Below are positions 1 to 9,317 of a DNA stretch of 64,000 nucleotides, piece by piece. A program made the position numbers and the translations under genes. Below the pieces are notes generated by a model. That model saw nothing but the letters and a program-made list of their open reading frames with translations. It did not search any database and was not told the DNA's origin. The stretch covers positions 35,455 through 99,454 of the forward strand of contig CAWAVC010000012.1 in the NCBI GenBank assembly GCA_963785325.1, given 5' to 3'. Position 1 is the first letter of the stretch. The number at the start of each line of letters is the position of its first letter. The stretch is from an uncultured Bacteroidales bacterium. GTDB lineage: Bacteria > Bacteroidota > Bacteroidia > Bacteroidales > FEN-979.

Positions 1-1
1 C

Positions 2-694
2 CTGTTGTTAAGCGAAGCAGTTCATACCCCATCAAGGGTCTGCATAAAAACAGACAAGGAATCTCTTTACAGGTTCCAGGTTGAAAATGCTTTCTTCGAT
101 CCGTTTATTAAAACGTTGTTGCGGTCGTACAGCGGGATCTTTTCTGAGTTCTGTAACATCCGGGAAGAAGACCTTGCAAAACGCACCAACCTGACTACTG
201 ACAAGGTCATTGAGTTTCTTGTTAAACTCTCAAAACTACAGGTTATAGATTATATACCTCGTACGGAGAATCCAAGGATAATATTCACAGAAAACCGTAT
301 CGAAAGCAAAGATCTTACCTTATCGCCCGAATATTATAAAGACCGGCTCAGGGCTGCTCAGAAGCGCACTGAGGCCATAATCCGTTATGCTGAATCCACG
401 CATAAATGCAGAAGCCAGGCATTACTGGCCTATTTCGGGGAGACGGAGGCCCGCCGCTGCGGTAAGTGCGATGTCTGTATTCAACGTAACAAAATTGAAC
501 TCACCGACCTTGAATTCAATTCCATCCTCAAAGAGATCAAGCCAGTCCTGCAAAAAAAACCATGTTCACTACAGGAGCTTGTCGAAATGGTGACTTCGGT
601 AAGTGAAGACAAAGTTATCCGTGCCATCCAATGGCTACTCGACAATGAAAAAATTGAAATTGACGAGGAGAGGCAATACGTCTGGAGATCTTAA
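2..694 (+). CDS. recQ: RecQ-family ATP-dependent DNA helicase, C-terminal part (5' truncated by window edge)
   Basis: RecQ Zn-binding motif CRSQALLAYFGE..CGKCDVC; frame open from window start. Confidence 0.85.
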   Translation: MLLSEAVHTPSRVCIKTDKESLYRFQVENAFFDPFIKTLLRSYSGIFSEFCNIREEDLAKRTNLTTDKVIEFLVKLSKLQVIDYIPRTENPRIIFTENRIESKDLTLSPEYYKDRLRAAQKRTEAIIRYAESTHKCRSQALLAYFGETEARRCGKCDVCIQRNKIELTDLEFNSILKEIKPVLQKKPCSLQELVEMVTSVSEDKVIRAIQWLLDNEKIEIDEERQYVWRS

Positions 695-700
695 TCTCTA

Positions 701-796
701 AATGAAGAATGAAGAATGAAAAATTGAATAATTAATTGTCAATTATCAATTAACAAGCACCAAATGCCCAATACCTAACGCTCAATACTCAATACC
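701..796. repeat. Degenerate heptamer tandem array: AATGAAG/AATGAAA x3, AATT(G/A)(T/A)C x3, then CAATACC-like x6
   Basis: Period-7 units read directly at 701-721, 734-754 and 755-796. Confidence 0.85.
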
Positions 797-830
797 AAAA
801 TCTGCGTTTTACTTTTTAAAATCATTTTTG

Positions 831-838
831 TATCTTTG
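831..838 (+). promoter_or_regulatory. Bacteroidota sigma-A -7 element (TATCTTTG) upstream of mscL
   Basis: Matches TAnnTTTG, 23 nt before the ATG. Confidence 0.6.
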
Positions 839-861
839 TTTACTGATCAATATATATAAAC

Positions 862-1281
862 ATGAAAATTTTAGACGAATTCAAAGAATTTGCTGTCAGA
901 GGCAATGTAATCGATCTTGCTGTAGGTATCATCATCGGGGCAGCATTCGGGAAAATAGTTTCTTCCCTGGTCAATGATGTTATTATGCCACCCATAGGGC
1001 TGTTACTGGGCGGGATGAATTTCACCGACATCCATATTACTATGAAAAATGCAATCACAGATCCAGCCACGGGGAAGATTCTCAAGGCCGCTGTCGATCT
1101 TAAAATAGGAAGTTTTATCCAAACCCTGGTTGACTTCACCATTATCGCCTTTTCAGTATTTATGCTTGTCAAGGTTGTGACCAGGATGAACAGGAAGAAG
1201 GAAGAAGCTCCTATTGAACCTCCGGCACCGACTAAGGACCAGGAATTGCTGACAGAGATCAGGGACCTGCTTAAAAAATAG
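862..1281 (+). CDS. mscL: Large-conductance mechanosensitive channel
   Basis: [34 protein letters not shown] and [10 protein letters not shown] signatures. Confidence 0.97.
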   Translation: MKILDEFKEFAVRGNVIDLAVGIIIGAAFGKIVSSLVNDVIMPPIGLLLGGMNFTDIHITMKNAITDPATGKILKAAVDLKIGSFIQTLVDFTIIAFSVFMLVKVVTRMNRKKEEAPIEPPAPTKDQELLTEIRDLLKK

Positions 1282-1402
1282 CGAAATGGCGAGATAGCGA
1301 AGTAGCGAAGTAGCGAAGTAGCGAAGTAGCGAAAAAAATTGTGACGCGTGACGCTTAACGCGTGACAAAATATTAATTACCAATTATCAACTGTCAATTA
1401 TA
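1279..1402. repeat. Octamer array GCGAAGTA (4 exact + 3 degenerate), then GTGACGC-like x3-4, then AATTATC-like heptamers x4
   Basis: Units at 1281-1336, 1341-1366 and 1375-1402; the mscL TAG stop runs into the first unit. Confidence 0.9.
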
Positions 1403-1410
1403 ACAACCCT

Positions 1411-2352
1411 ATGAAAAAATTTACTTTTATTCTTCTCCTGATATCTATGTCGAACTTTGTGATGAGCCAGGATAAGGAAATTGTCAAAACCGCCAAGGCA
1501 AAGGACGCTGTGGCAGCAATTAAAGTGGACACGGTCAAAGCCTGGTACCTGGATGGAATTGCCTCACTAAACTTTTCACAGGCATCATTCTCAAATTGGT
1601 CTTCCGGAGGACAGAATTCTTTAGGATTAAACTCGTTTATTAGCCTTAAAGCCAATTATAAGAAAGGGAAACATTCCTGGGGAAACACTTTGGACTTAGG
1701 TTATGGGTTTATCATCCAGGGAAAAATGAAAGATGCAAAATACACTAAATCAAACGACCAACTGGAATTTACAAGTGCTTATGGCTATTCCATTTCAAAG
1801 GACAACAAATGGCTGCTTACTGTCCTTGTAAATTTCCGTACGCAATTCAGCGACGGTTATAATTATCCGGATGACAGTACCATTACTTCAAAATTCATGG
1901 CTCCGGGTTACCTGGTGACAGGTATTGGTTTTACTTATACACCTGCAAAATGGTTTTATTTATACTTGTCGCCTTCTTCAGGGAGATTTACTTTCGTCCT
2001 TGATAAAAAACTTTCTGATTCAGGTGCATTTGGGGTTCCCAGGGGTAAAAAGATATTTGCAGAGTTTGGCCCCTATTTTCGGGCTGATATGAATAAAGAC
2101 CTTTCGAAAACGATCAACCTCGCAACCACGGTTGAACTTTTTACAAATTATTTCAGGGATTTCGGGAATATTGATGTAAACTGGGGCCTGTTTCTCACCA
2201 TGAAGGTCAACAAATGGCTGGCAGCTTCTTTAGCGACACAGCTCATTTATGATAACAATATAAAGACCAGGACTGCTCCCACCGATGAAGCCATACCGCA
2301 TACTCAGTTCAAGGAATTGTTCGGACTAGGACTGACGTATAAGCTCAGATAG
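1411..2352 (+). CDS. DUF3078-like outer-membrane beta-barrel protein
   Basis: Signal peptide; FSQASFSNWSSGG, NFRTQFSDGY, FMAPGYL and C-terminal QFKELFGLGLTY motifs. Confidence 0.8.
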   Translation: MKKFTFILLLISMSNFVMSQDKEIVKTAKAKDAVAAIKVDTVKAWYLDGIASLNFSQASFSNWSSGGQNSLGLNSFISLKANYKKGKHSWGNTLDLGYGFIIQGKMKDAKYTKSNDQLEFTSAYGYSISKDNKWLLTVLVNFRTQFSDGYNYPDDSTITSKFMAPGYLVTGIGFTYTPAKWFYLYLSPSSGRFTFVLDKKLSDSGAFGVPRGKKIFAEFGPYFRADMNKDLSKTINLATTVELFTNYFRDFGNIDVNWGLFLTMKVNKWLAASLATQLIYDNNIKTRTAPTDEAIPHTQFKELFGLGLTYKLR

Positions 2353-2379
2353 AGGTAAAGAAAATCATCCGTTTATTTC

Positions 2380-2745
2380 TTATTTTTTCTTTATCCGGAA
2401 ATTCACAACGATAGAAATTACCAAGGCTATCAGATAGAGAATAAGCGTAAGATCATTAGTGATTTTTGCACCCGGTAAATAACCTGTGAACCTGTTTACA
2501 AGGTAACTGATATAGGAATCCGGCAAGTTGTACTGTCCAAGCTTATGTAGAACCTGCCAGTGAAATTCCGTAAGTGGACAAAATCCGATCCCATAAAAAA
2601 TGCCCAGGATAAACCAGGATCCACCTGTCAGAAGGAGAGTAATCAGGTTGGCCCTGCGTAAAGGCTTGATAATCCATCCGAAAAGATTAAAAAAAATCAA
2701 AAGGGTATGAAACACAATAAAAAAAATGTCAAGAAACCGGAGCAT
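2380..2745 (-). CDS. DUF2784-like membrane protein
   Basis: FHT..IFFNLFGW and GFCPLTEFHW motifs; hydrophobic segments. Confidence 0.75.
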   Translation of the reverse strand: MLRFLDIFFIVFHTLLIFFNLFGWIIKPLRRANLITLLLTGGSWFILGIFYGIGFCPLTEFHWQVLHKLGQYNLPDSYISYLVNRFTGYLPGAKITNDLTLILYLIALVISIVVNFRIKKK

Positions 2746-2854
2746 GTATATAATCCCTTGGTAATTATCGCTTCCTAAAAATACGAATAAATTATTAATT
2801 TTGTCTATCGATGCCTGAACACATCCTCATTAAAATCATTATAAACTGAAACCT

Positions 2855-3130
2855 ATGTCAAACTTGGAAGTCAATGAAGAAAATCTCTCTCATGAGGAGA
2901 TCCAGTACCGTTACTATATACAGAGAGGTCTTGATTTTACTAAAATTGAATTGTTCAGGTCTGCAAGGGAACATTACAAACAAGCTTTGACCTACAAACC
3001 CGGCGATCCATTTGCGCTGGAAAGAATTGATGCCTGTAACCGGCAGATCAGGAAGGACAAGGTCAAAGTTCTCATTATTATTCCTATAGTGCTTGGATTG
3101 ATCGCTACCGTTATTGCATTGAACGTATAG
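2855..3130 (+). CDS. Small TPR-like protein with C-terminal membrane anchor
   Basis: Single TPR-like helix pair (AREHYKQALTYKPGD) plus terminal hydrophobic helix; TAATTTTG -7 element at 2796-2803. Confidence 0.6.
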   Translation: MSNLEVNEENLSHEEIQYRYYIQRGLDFTKIELFRSAREHYKQALTYKPGDPFALERIDACNRQIRKDKVKVLIIIPIVLGLIATVIALNV

Positions 3131-3137
3131 TACACTG

Positions 3138-3887
3138 ATGGATATGTACCCTTCCTGCTTCGCCCGTTTTTATGACTTGATTTATACAAAGATCCGTTCA
3201 GATACAGATACCGGGTATTTTTTAAGAAAAATAAGAGAAGCCAGGGGAAAGGTTCTTGAAGTTGGTGTTGGTACAGGACGATTCTTTCTGGAAGCGTTGA
3301 AAGAAGGTGCCGATATTTACGGAATTGATATCAGCCCTGCCATGCTTGAAATTCTTAAGGCGCGAATAGACAAGAAAAATCATTACAGAGTCAGTCAACA
3401 GGATATCCGGGATTTCGAAACAGGCCTTCGGTTCGGCCTTATACTTGCTCCTTTCAGGGTATTCATGCATCTTATTGATGCAGCTGATCAACTTACTGCT
3501 CTGAATCATGTTCATGATCAACTTACTAAAGGAGGGACTTTTATTTTTGATCTTTATATTCCAGATCCCGGACTTCTTGCCTCTGGTATGAATGAAGTCA
3601 TGGATTTTGAAGGCGAATTTGAACCGGGAAATATTATTCATAGATATGTTACTTCTCACAGCGATCTTATAAATCAGGTCAATCATCTATCGATGCGGTT
3701 TGATTGGAATGAAGGTGAACGTAAATTTTCGGAAACCTGGAATTCTGAATTACGTTTCTTTTTCAGGTTTGAATTAGAGTACCTGATCCGCCAGTCAAAA
3801 TTCACCTCTTACTCTATTTTCGGCGATTACGATGAAACTCCATTATCTGCTGAATCAAAGGATTTTATGGTGATTTGCAGGAAGTAG
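3138..3887 (+). CDS. Class I SAM-dependent methyltransferase
   Basis: VLEVGVGTGR motif I; GIDISPAML. Confidence 0.9.
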   Translation: MDMYPSCFARFYDLIYTKIRSDTDTGYFLRKIREARGKVLEVGVGTGRFFLEALKEGADIYGIDISPAMLEILKARIDKKNHYRVSQQDIRDFETGLRFGLILAPFRVFMHLIDAADQLTALNHVHDQLTKGGTFIFDLYIPDPGLLASGMNEVMDFEGEFEPGNIIHRYVTSHSDLINQVNHLSMRFDWNEGERKFSETWNSELRFFFRFELEYLIRQSKFTSYSIFGDYDETPLSAESKDFMVICRK

Positions 3888-3903
3888 TTCATATAGTTTA
3901 TAA

Positions 3904-4066
3904 AGTAACAGAGTAACAGAGTAACAGAATTGAAAGGATTCTGATAAAAATACAGCATCCAGCATCTTGGTTTTAATTCATTATTAATTATCAATTTTCA
4001 ATTGACCAATACCCAATACTTAGTACTCAGTACCAATACCCATTTTCCAGTACCCAATTCCCATTT
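3904..4066. repeat. AGTAACAG x3, CAGCATC x2, then ~11 degenerate heptamers (AATTATC grading to CAATACC/AGTACCC)
   Basis: Units read directly at 3904-3927 and 3986-4062. Confidence 0.85.
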
Positions 4067-4109
4067 TTACCGTCAAAACTTTTTTCCTTGCTCTTTCCGT
4101 CTGAATTTT

Positions 4110-4117
4110 TATCTTTG
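4110..4117 (+). promoter_or_regulatory. Sigma-A -7 element (TATCTTTG) upstream of MFS permease
   Basis: TAnnTTTG consensus. Confidence 0.55.
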
Positions 4118-4155
4118 GTTTTTATATCATTATTCTTTTCCGAACAATCTGATGC

Positions 4156-5496
4156 ATGAAAAATAAACCTCCACTTTCTTTCTGGCAGATCTGGAACATG
4201 AGTTTCGGATTCCTTGGAATTCAGTTTGGCTGGGGATTGCAAATGGCGAATATGAGTGCTATATACTCTTACCTTGGAGCTGACCCCGGTCATATAGCCT
4301 TACTTTGGCTTGCTGCACCGATCACGGGAGTTCTCATCCAGCCATTGGTCGGGCAGGCCAGCGATAGGACATGGACTCGTTTAGGCCGCCGCAGGCCGTT
4401 TATCCTGGGTGGAGCTATTCTTGCTTCTATTGCCTTGATTCTCATGCCTAATTCACCATCTCTATGGGTTGCTGCCGGTTTGCTTTGGGTTCTCGATGGG
4501 ACCATAAATGCCAGCATGCAGCCATTCAGGGCACTTGTGGCCGATAACCTGCCGGAAGAACAAGATTCTCAGGGTTTTGCTATTCAGTCTCTTTTTATCG
4601 GACTTGGAGGAACGGTGGCCTCTGCCCTTCCGTGGATGATGATTAACTGGTTTGGTCTTACCGCTGAAGGAGCAGGTAAAGGACATATTCCTTCATCTGT
4701 CACTATTTCTTTTTATATTGGAGCTGCTGCATTCATTGGTGCCGTTTTATGGACGGTATTCACTACAAAAGAAATTCCTCCCGAAGAATCTGAAATTGCT
4801 GCCATCAGGGCAAGAAAATTCGACTGGACACTGGGATTAAAGGATATTTTCAATCTTTTTGGCCATCTGCCCCGTCGAATGTGGGAACTGGGCCTGGTAC
4901 AGTTTTTTACATGGATCGGCATGTTCTGTTTGTGGGTGTATTTTTCTCCGGCTATTGCAATTAACATCTTCCATGCTCAGGCAGGCTCTGTCGAAATGGA
5001 AGCGTCCGGATCATGGGCCGGATTTTGTTTCGCCATGTATAATGCCGTTTGTTTTGCATTCTCCTTTGTACTTCTCCGGGCAACCAAATGGATCGGGCCC
5101 AAACTAATGCACACACTCTGCCTTGCCGTTGGAGCTATAGGCTTGTTAACCATCCCTCTAATGAATGATAAATATGGCCTTCTTATCTCCATGACCTGCA
5201 TTGGAATCGCCTGGTCAAGTATTCTTTCCATGCCTTATGCCATGCTTACTCCTGCCCTTCCAAAAGATAGAGTAGGAGTACTGATGGGAATGTTCAACCT
5301 GTTTATCGTTTTCCCGCAAATCATTGCTTCAGGTTTCCTGGGAAAGATCGTTGAAATATTCTTTGCCAACAATCCAATGAACGCAATGCTTATCGGTGGA
5401 GTCAGTTTCGCTATTGCTTCTGTAACAACCATTTTCGTTGTTACCTATAAAAAAAATACGAACGATGATGCTGTAAATGTTAAAGCAGGACACTAG
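4156..5496 (+). CDS. MFS maltose/maltodextrin transporter (SLC45/GPH-like)
   Basis: FWQIWNMSFGFLGIQFGWGLQ, SDRTWTRLGRRRPF and MQPFRALVAD motifs; ~12 TM segments; alpha-glucan locus context. Confidence 0.88.
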   Translation: MKNKPPLSFWQIWNMSFGFLGIQFGWGLQMANMSAIYSYLGADPGHIALLWLAAPITGVLIQPLVGQASDRTWTRLGRRRPFILGGAILASIALILMPNSPSLWVAAGLLWVLDGTINASMQPFRALVADNLPEEQDSQGFAIQSLFIGLGGTVASALPWMMINWFGLTAEGAGKGHIPSSVTISFYIGAAAFIGAVLWTVFTTKEIPPEESEIAAIRARKFDWTLGLKDIFNLFGHLPRRMWELGLVQFFTWIGMFCLWVYFSPAIAINIFHAQAGSVEMEASGSWAGFCFAMYNAVCFAFSFVLLRATKWIGPKLMHTLCLAVGAIGLLTIPLMNDKYGLLISMTCIGIAWSSILSMPYAMLTPALPKDRVGVLMGMFNLFIVFPQIIASGFLGKIVEIFFANNPMNAMLIGGVSFAIASVTTIFVVTYKKNTNDDAVNVKAGH

Positions 5497-5498
5497 GG

Positions 5499-5560
5499 AA
5501 TGAAAAATGAAGAATGAAGAATTAAAAATTAAAATTAAAAATGAAAAATGAACAATTGAG
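5499..5560. repeat. AATGAAG/AATTAAA heptamer array (~9 units)
   Basis: Starts 2 nt after the MFS stop codon. Confidence 0.85.
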
Positions 5561-5609
5561 GGGCATCTTACTACATCCGATTCCCATATCAGGAAAAAGT
5601 GGTTGCAGG

Positions 5610-7689
5610 ATGATTATTTTATTTTCTGTTTTGACCATTATGGTTGGATGCAACCGGTTAAAACCTCCGGTTGCTATGCAGATTCCGTCAGAACAGGTTG
5701 TTCTGGAAATCCATTTAACAGACCCTTATAAATGGATGGAAAATCCAAAGAATCCTAAGACAATTGCATATATAAATGCCGAAAACGAATTTGCCATTCA
5801 TTATTTCGATCGGGTTACAGAATTGAAAGATAAACTCCTGAAGGAATTTGAAGAAAAAGATGCATTCGCGAATAAATGGGGAACAAATCCGGTACTGACA
5901 GGGGATTATTTTTATTATAGCAGGGTCTCGCCTGGAAAGGATTACCCGGTGCATTACCGGAAATCGAATACGGATAACGCAAAGGAAGAGTCACTTCTGG
6001 ATGAGAACCTGCTTGCAAAAGGATTTCAGGATTACCGGATGAATCAATTCCTCGCCTCATCTGATAATTCATTTTATTTCTATTGTTATGCGATAAATGG
6101 TATTGACCGGTTGATTATTCAGTCGATTAATGGCAAGACACCAAATGACAGCATCATTGCTCACGTGACACATGCTATTTGGGCACAGGATGGCAAATCA
6201 GTTGTATACGTAAAGAATGACAAAGAAGTTTTTATTCATAAACTAAATACGCTTGCCAGTCATGATCTATTAATTTATGATGAGAAACGAAATGATCTTG
6301 ATGTTGATATTACTCTGTCAGGATCAGGGAAGTATATATTCATTAATTCCAATAATAGTGAATCGAATGAATGCTCATATATCCCTGCAGACATTAAAAT
6401 CACGAAACCGACGCTGATCGAACCGCTGAAAGAAGGCAGAAAGTATTTCCCCAATCATTTTGGTTCAGACTTCTTCCTCATCCTTTCCGATCATGATTCC
6501 GGAAATCGAAAACTTTACAAGGCAATGATTAGCAATGCCTCAGAAAAAGGTTGGAGAACTGTACTTGAAGGAAACGATAGCATCTATATCAATGACTTTA
6601 CCGTCATTGACCAGAAATATCTTCTCTTGTTTGAAACTAAACAATTGAATGCAAGGATGAGACTGATTGATCTTTCTAATAGCGGTAAAGATAACCAGAT
6701 CACCTTTAGAGAGCCCGACGGACACATGGTGTTCAATTATTTTAACAGGAAGGAGTGCAAGATCGTATTCTCATTTGCAAGTATCCTGACGCCATTTACC
6801 ACATACAGATACGATATTAACAACCGGCAGTTGATTATTGAAAGGCCGCCTCTTGTTAAGGATTATCAGAAAGAAAACTACATCACAGAACTGGTTTGGG
6901 CCAAATCCGGAGATGGAACTCTTATCCCAATTTCAATGATCCATAAAAACGGCATGAAAGAGAAGCGATGGCAAGAACCCTCTTTACCTTGAGGCTTTTG
7001 GAAGTTACGGACACACAGTCAGTGATGATTTTACATCTGATAGAGTCAGCTTGTTGAATCGTGGATTTTACATTGCTGTGGCTCATGTCCGGGGTGGCGG
7101 GGAGTTTGGAAGAAAATGGTGGGAGGCAGGTAAACTGTTAAATAAAAAGAATGCCATCAACGATTACGTGGCCTGTGCAGAATTTCTGATCAAACAAGGA
7201 TATACTGCAAAAGGGATGATTGCTGCTGCAGGATGCTATGAGGGAGGAATGGTCATTGGCGCTGCAGTGAACGAGCGTCCTGATCTTTTTAAATGTGTAT
7301 TGTTACTGACGCCAGATATGGACATGGTCGCTGAACTTCTTGACTCATCCTCTAATAATGCAAATTATGATAAAAGAATGGAATTCGGTAATCCGGGCAA
7401 TCGGCAACAATTTGATTATCTTTACAGTTACTCCCCCTATGACAATATAAAAAAGCAGGAATACCCTGCCATACTATTAAGATCATCACCTGAGGGTCAG
7501 CATGTTAAGTACTCTGGCACATTGAAGATGGTGGCAAGGTTGAGGGCAACTGCCTCAGGTAATAATATTTTTCTCATCAGGACAGATACCAGAAATATAA
7601 ATATAGGAGATTACAAAAAGAAGGAATTTAACGGGTTTTGGGCAGAAAATTGGGCGTTTATCCTGAAACAATACGGCATCGAGGAATGA
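5610..7689 (+). CDS. Oligopeptidase B / prolyl oligopeptidase (S9A)-like lipoprotein, frameshifted at ~6958, catalytic residues apparently absent
   Basis: DPYKWME, SGDGTLIPIS, AHVRGGGEFGRKW and YSYSPYDNI motifs; lipobox MVGC; removing one A at 6957-6959 joins ORFs 5541..6992 and 7051..7689; start at 5610 inferred because the 5541 ATG lies in a repeat. Confidence 0.85.
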
Positions 7690-7795
7690 AGAAAGAAAAA
7701 TGAAGAATGAAGAACGAAGAAATGCAGGAATGCAGGCGTATAAATGCAGGATCGAAAATGGGCACTTAAACTTAACACTTAAAACTTAGTACTTA
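7685..7795. repeat. AATGAAG-like x5, AATGCAG-containing units x3, then (C)ACTTAA-like x5
   Basis: Units read directly; the TGA stop of the S9 gene lies inside the first unit. Confidence 0.85.
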
Positions 7796-7797
7796 CG

Positions 7798-9295
7798 ATG
7801 AATACAGAACGATCAAGCGGAATTTTACTTCACCCTACTTCCCTGCCGGGAAAATATGGCATCGGGACACTCGGAAAAGAAGCTTTTCATTTCATCGATT
7901 TTCTTTCAAAGTCGAAACAAAAACTATGGCAGATCCTGCCACTCGGTCCAACCGGATTTGCCGATTCACCCTATCAATGTTTTTCATCCACGGCCGGAAA
8001 TCCTTTGCTGATCGACCTGGATTTGCTTGTTACTGAGGGATTGCTGGATAAAAAGTACCTTGCTGGTTTGGAATCCTTCGATGATGGTCCTGTAAATTAT
8101 GGAAAGGTGATCATAAGTAAATATCCTCTTCTTAAGAAAGCCATGAATAAATTCAAGGCTAATGCAGGAAAGGAACACAAGAAAGATTTCCAAGATTTCA
8201 CACTGACAAATAAAAAATGGCTGGAGGATTATGCCCTCTTCATGTCACTAAAGGAGCATTTTAAACAAAAGCCCTGGTACCAGTGGACAAAACCCCTTAA
8301 GACAAGAAAAGAGAACGCACTTAAACCATTCTATTCTCTTCTTGCAGATCAGATTGAATTCCATAAATTCATTCAGTACATTTTTTTCAGGCAATGGCTG
8401 GCTGTTAAAGACTATGCACATGAGAAGAATATCAGGATCATTGGTGATATTCCGCTTTACGTTGCCCTCGACAGTGTGGATGCCTGGGCTAATACAGAGT
8501 TATTTCAGTTTGATGCAGAGAAAAATCCAATAGCCGTTGGAGGGGTTCCTCCCGATTATTTCAGCGAAACAGGGCAGTTATGGGGTAATCCGCTTTACCA
8601 ATGGGAAATATTAAAAAAAGACAATTACCACTGGTGGATAGAACGGATAAAATCGAACCTGGTACTTTACGATATAATCAGAATCGATCATTTCCGTGGG
8701 TTTGCAGCCTACTGGTCTGTCCCCTATGGAGAGAAGACTGCTGTTAACGGAAAATGGATTCCCTGTCCGGGGAAAGACCTTTTTAACCATATCCGCGAAG
8801 AACTTGGAGAGATTCCAATCATAGCAGAAGATCTTGGTGTGATCACAGACGATGTAGAGGATTTGAGGGATTCATTTGGATTGCCCGGCATGAAAGATCC
8901 TTCAGTTTGCTTTTGATTCGAGTGAGGCTAATGATTACATCCCCTATAATTTCACAAAGAATTGTGTTGTATATACCGGCACACATGACAACGATACCGT
9001 AAAAGGCTGGTTTGAAAAGGCGAAACCGGAAGATAAAAAATATGTTCTCGAGTATATGAATTCGACCGGGAAAGATATCTGCATGGATTTTATCCGGCTG
9101 GCATGGGCCTCTGTTGCAAATACAGCCATAGTTCCCATGCAGGATCTACTCGGATTGGGTAATGAAGCCCGGATGAATCTGCCCGGAACCACAGTCAATA
9201 ATTGGATGTGGAGGGCAAATAACAATGACTTCTCCAAAGAACTTGCACTTCAGCTGGCATATTTAACCATTCTTTACGGACGAAATCACAAATGA
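7798..9295 (+). CDS. malQ: 4-alpha-glucanotransferase (amylomaltase, GH77), single frameshift at ~8894
   Basis: RSSGILLHPTSLP, GVPPDYFSETGQLWGNP, RIDHFRGF, IAEDLG; removing one A restores GMKILQFAF...YTGTHDN...RMNLPG. Confidence 0.93.
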
Positions 9296-9317
9296 TAATG
9301 ATACCTAAGATATCACT

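Noticed and set aside
1281-1336. CRISPR array
   Set aside because: 8-nt units with no spacers and no cas genes.
1153-1383. 76-aa minus-strand ORF, and the similar ORF at 4027..4293
   Set aside because: The repetitive peptide (SLLRYFATSLLRY) is simply the translation of the tandem array and overlaps real genes in antisense.
5541-5609. ORF-track start of the S9 gene (also starts 26133 and 27646)
   Set aside because: The ATG lies within a repeat array, or the start lies upstream of or inside the -7 promoter element; downstream ATGs give proper signal peptides.
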